A stretch of 63,623 nt of DNA, counting the filler, from Reclinomonas americana ATCC 50394 (lineage: Eukaryota): the NCBI GenBank assembly GCA_048213135.1. It is 5 parts of 2 records of this genome, joined end to end, with 100 filler letters (N's around TTAATTAATTAA, not from the genome) between each part and the next. Parts side by side here need not be neighbours in the genome. Positions count along the whole stretch, not along the records: positions 61,066 to 63,623 come from PS015182.1; 4 more parts are not named here. One strand, written 5' to 3'. Below the pieces are notes generated by a model, which was not told the origin of the DNA, made no database searches, and saw only the letters and a program-made list of their open reading frames with translations. Within the stretch, counting starts at the first letter, position 1, and every line of letters starts with the position of its first letter. A program made the translations under genes and the position numbers. Below are positions 62,628 through 63,623 of the stretch, piece after piece.

Positions 62628-63623
62628 ATGGGCAAGTCCAAGAAGCCTGCCAAGGCAGCTGCTGCTGCTGCTCCTGTTGCTGCACCAGAGGCAGTGTCAG
62701 AGAAAGTGGAGCAGTTTGATGATGCGCCTGGTGAAGACGAGGTGGCGACTGCTGCGTCCACTGCGACAACAACAACAACGACGACGACCACTGTCACTGA
62801 GAGCCCAGTGCGTGTCACTGGAGAGGCAGTGGAGGAGCAACAGGAGGAGGAGGAGGTGCCGCTGGAATCGCATGATCACGAGGAGGAGGAGGAGGAGCAG
62901 CAAGAGGAAGAAGAAGAAGAGGAGGAGGAGGAGAGTGGAGGGTATGTGAGCATGAGGAGGCGAGAGAGGGGAGTTGTGATGTGGCGTTGCTGAGGCGTGT
63001 TGGTGTGTAGGTGGGGCTTTGGGTTCTTCAAGAAGATCGCCAACAAGGTGTCGGCCAAGGTCAGCGATGTGGGGCGATCGGTGCAGACGCTGATGGGCGC
63101 CACTGGTGAGAGCTGTTCGCGCTGCGTTTGTGTGTGTATGTGCATGCCTGGGTGCTGAGTGCATGGCAGGTGGTGAGTCTGACGAGGAGGACGCGGAGGA
63201 GCCGCGAGAGGGAGACGCTGGGCACGGCCACGATGATCATCATGATGACGACGACGAGGAGGCAGAGGGCGAGGAGGGAGCAGAGCAGCACGGTCACGGT
63301 GGGCACGGTGCTGGCGACGATGAAGAGGAGGTGGATGTCGGTGAGGGCGAGGAGGATGACGAGGGAAGTGGGTTCTTCAGCGGCCTGCGCTCCAAGTTCA
63401 CCAAGTTGACGGAGAAGATCAAGGACGGCGTGCAGGAGATCACCAAGGCTGAGGAGTTCCAGTTCTTCGCCGGTCAGTTCAAGGGTCTGGCGGCCAACAC
63501 CAAGAAAGTTGCGGGATTGTTGCTGCCACCCACGTTCGCACCACACTCGGCTCACCTCGCTCCCAGATTGTCAAGTCTGGCGTGGAGAAGATTGCGCACA
63601 CCCAGTTGGCGCAGCATGCCAGA
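62628..63623 (+). CDS. Acidic low-complexity protein, N-terminal part; runs off the window end
   Basis: MGKSKKPAK start; GT-AG exons with repeated GFF-basic segments (GFGFFKKIANKVS; SGFFSGLRSKFTKL). Confidence 0.65.

Overview
Eukaryotic, GC-rich, intron-dense genomic scaffold, probably from a protist. It has many N gaps and four artificial N44-TTAATTAATTAA-N44 linkers. Recognisable genes are DENND4-like, CIR1, an Aa_trans/SLC38-like amino-acid transporter, LTO1/ORAOV1 and a degenerate kinesin with a long multi-domain tail; several have introns filled with micro- and minisatellites. The main finding is a family of five minus-strand genes in two clusters (A, B, E at about 1-10.5 kb; C, D at about 37-45 kb) built from interchangeable modules. 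The modules are a divergent N-terminal CBM48/AMPK-beta-like domain (A, B, C), a long coiled-coil stalk, and one of two related alpha/beta C-terminal domains (type 1 in A, B, D; type 2 in C, E). Intron positions are conserved across members, and A and B carry reciprocal internal deletions relative to C. Also notable are frequent atypical [A/C]|GTTGCG-type splice donors and a degenerate tandem array of gene C's last exon. All gene models and domain calls were made by eye, without database searches.
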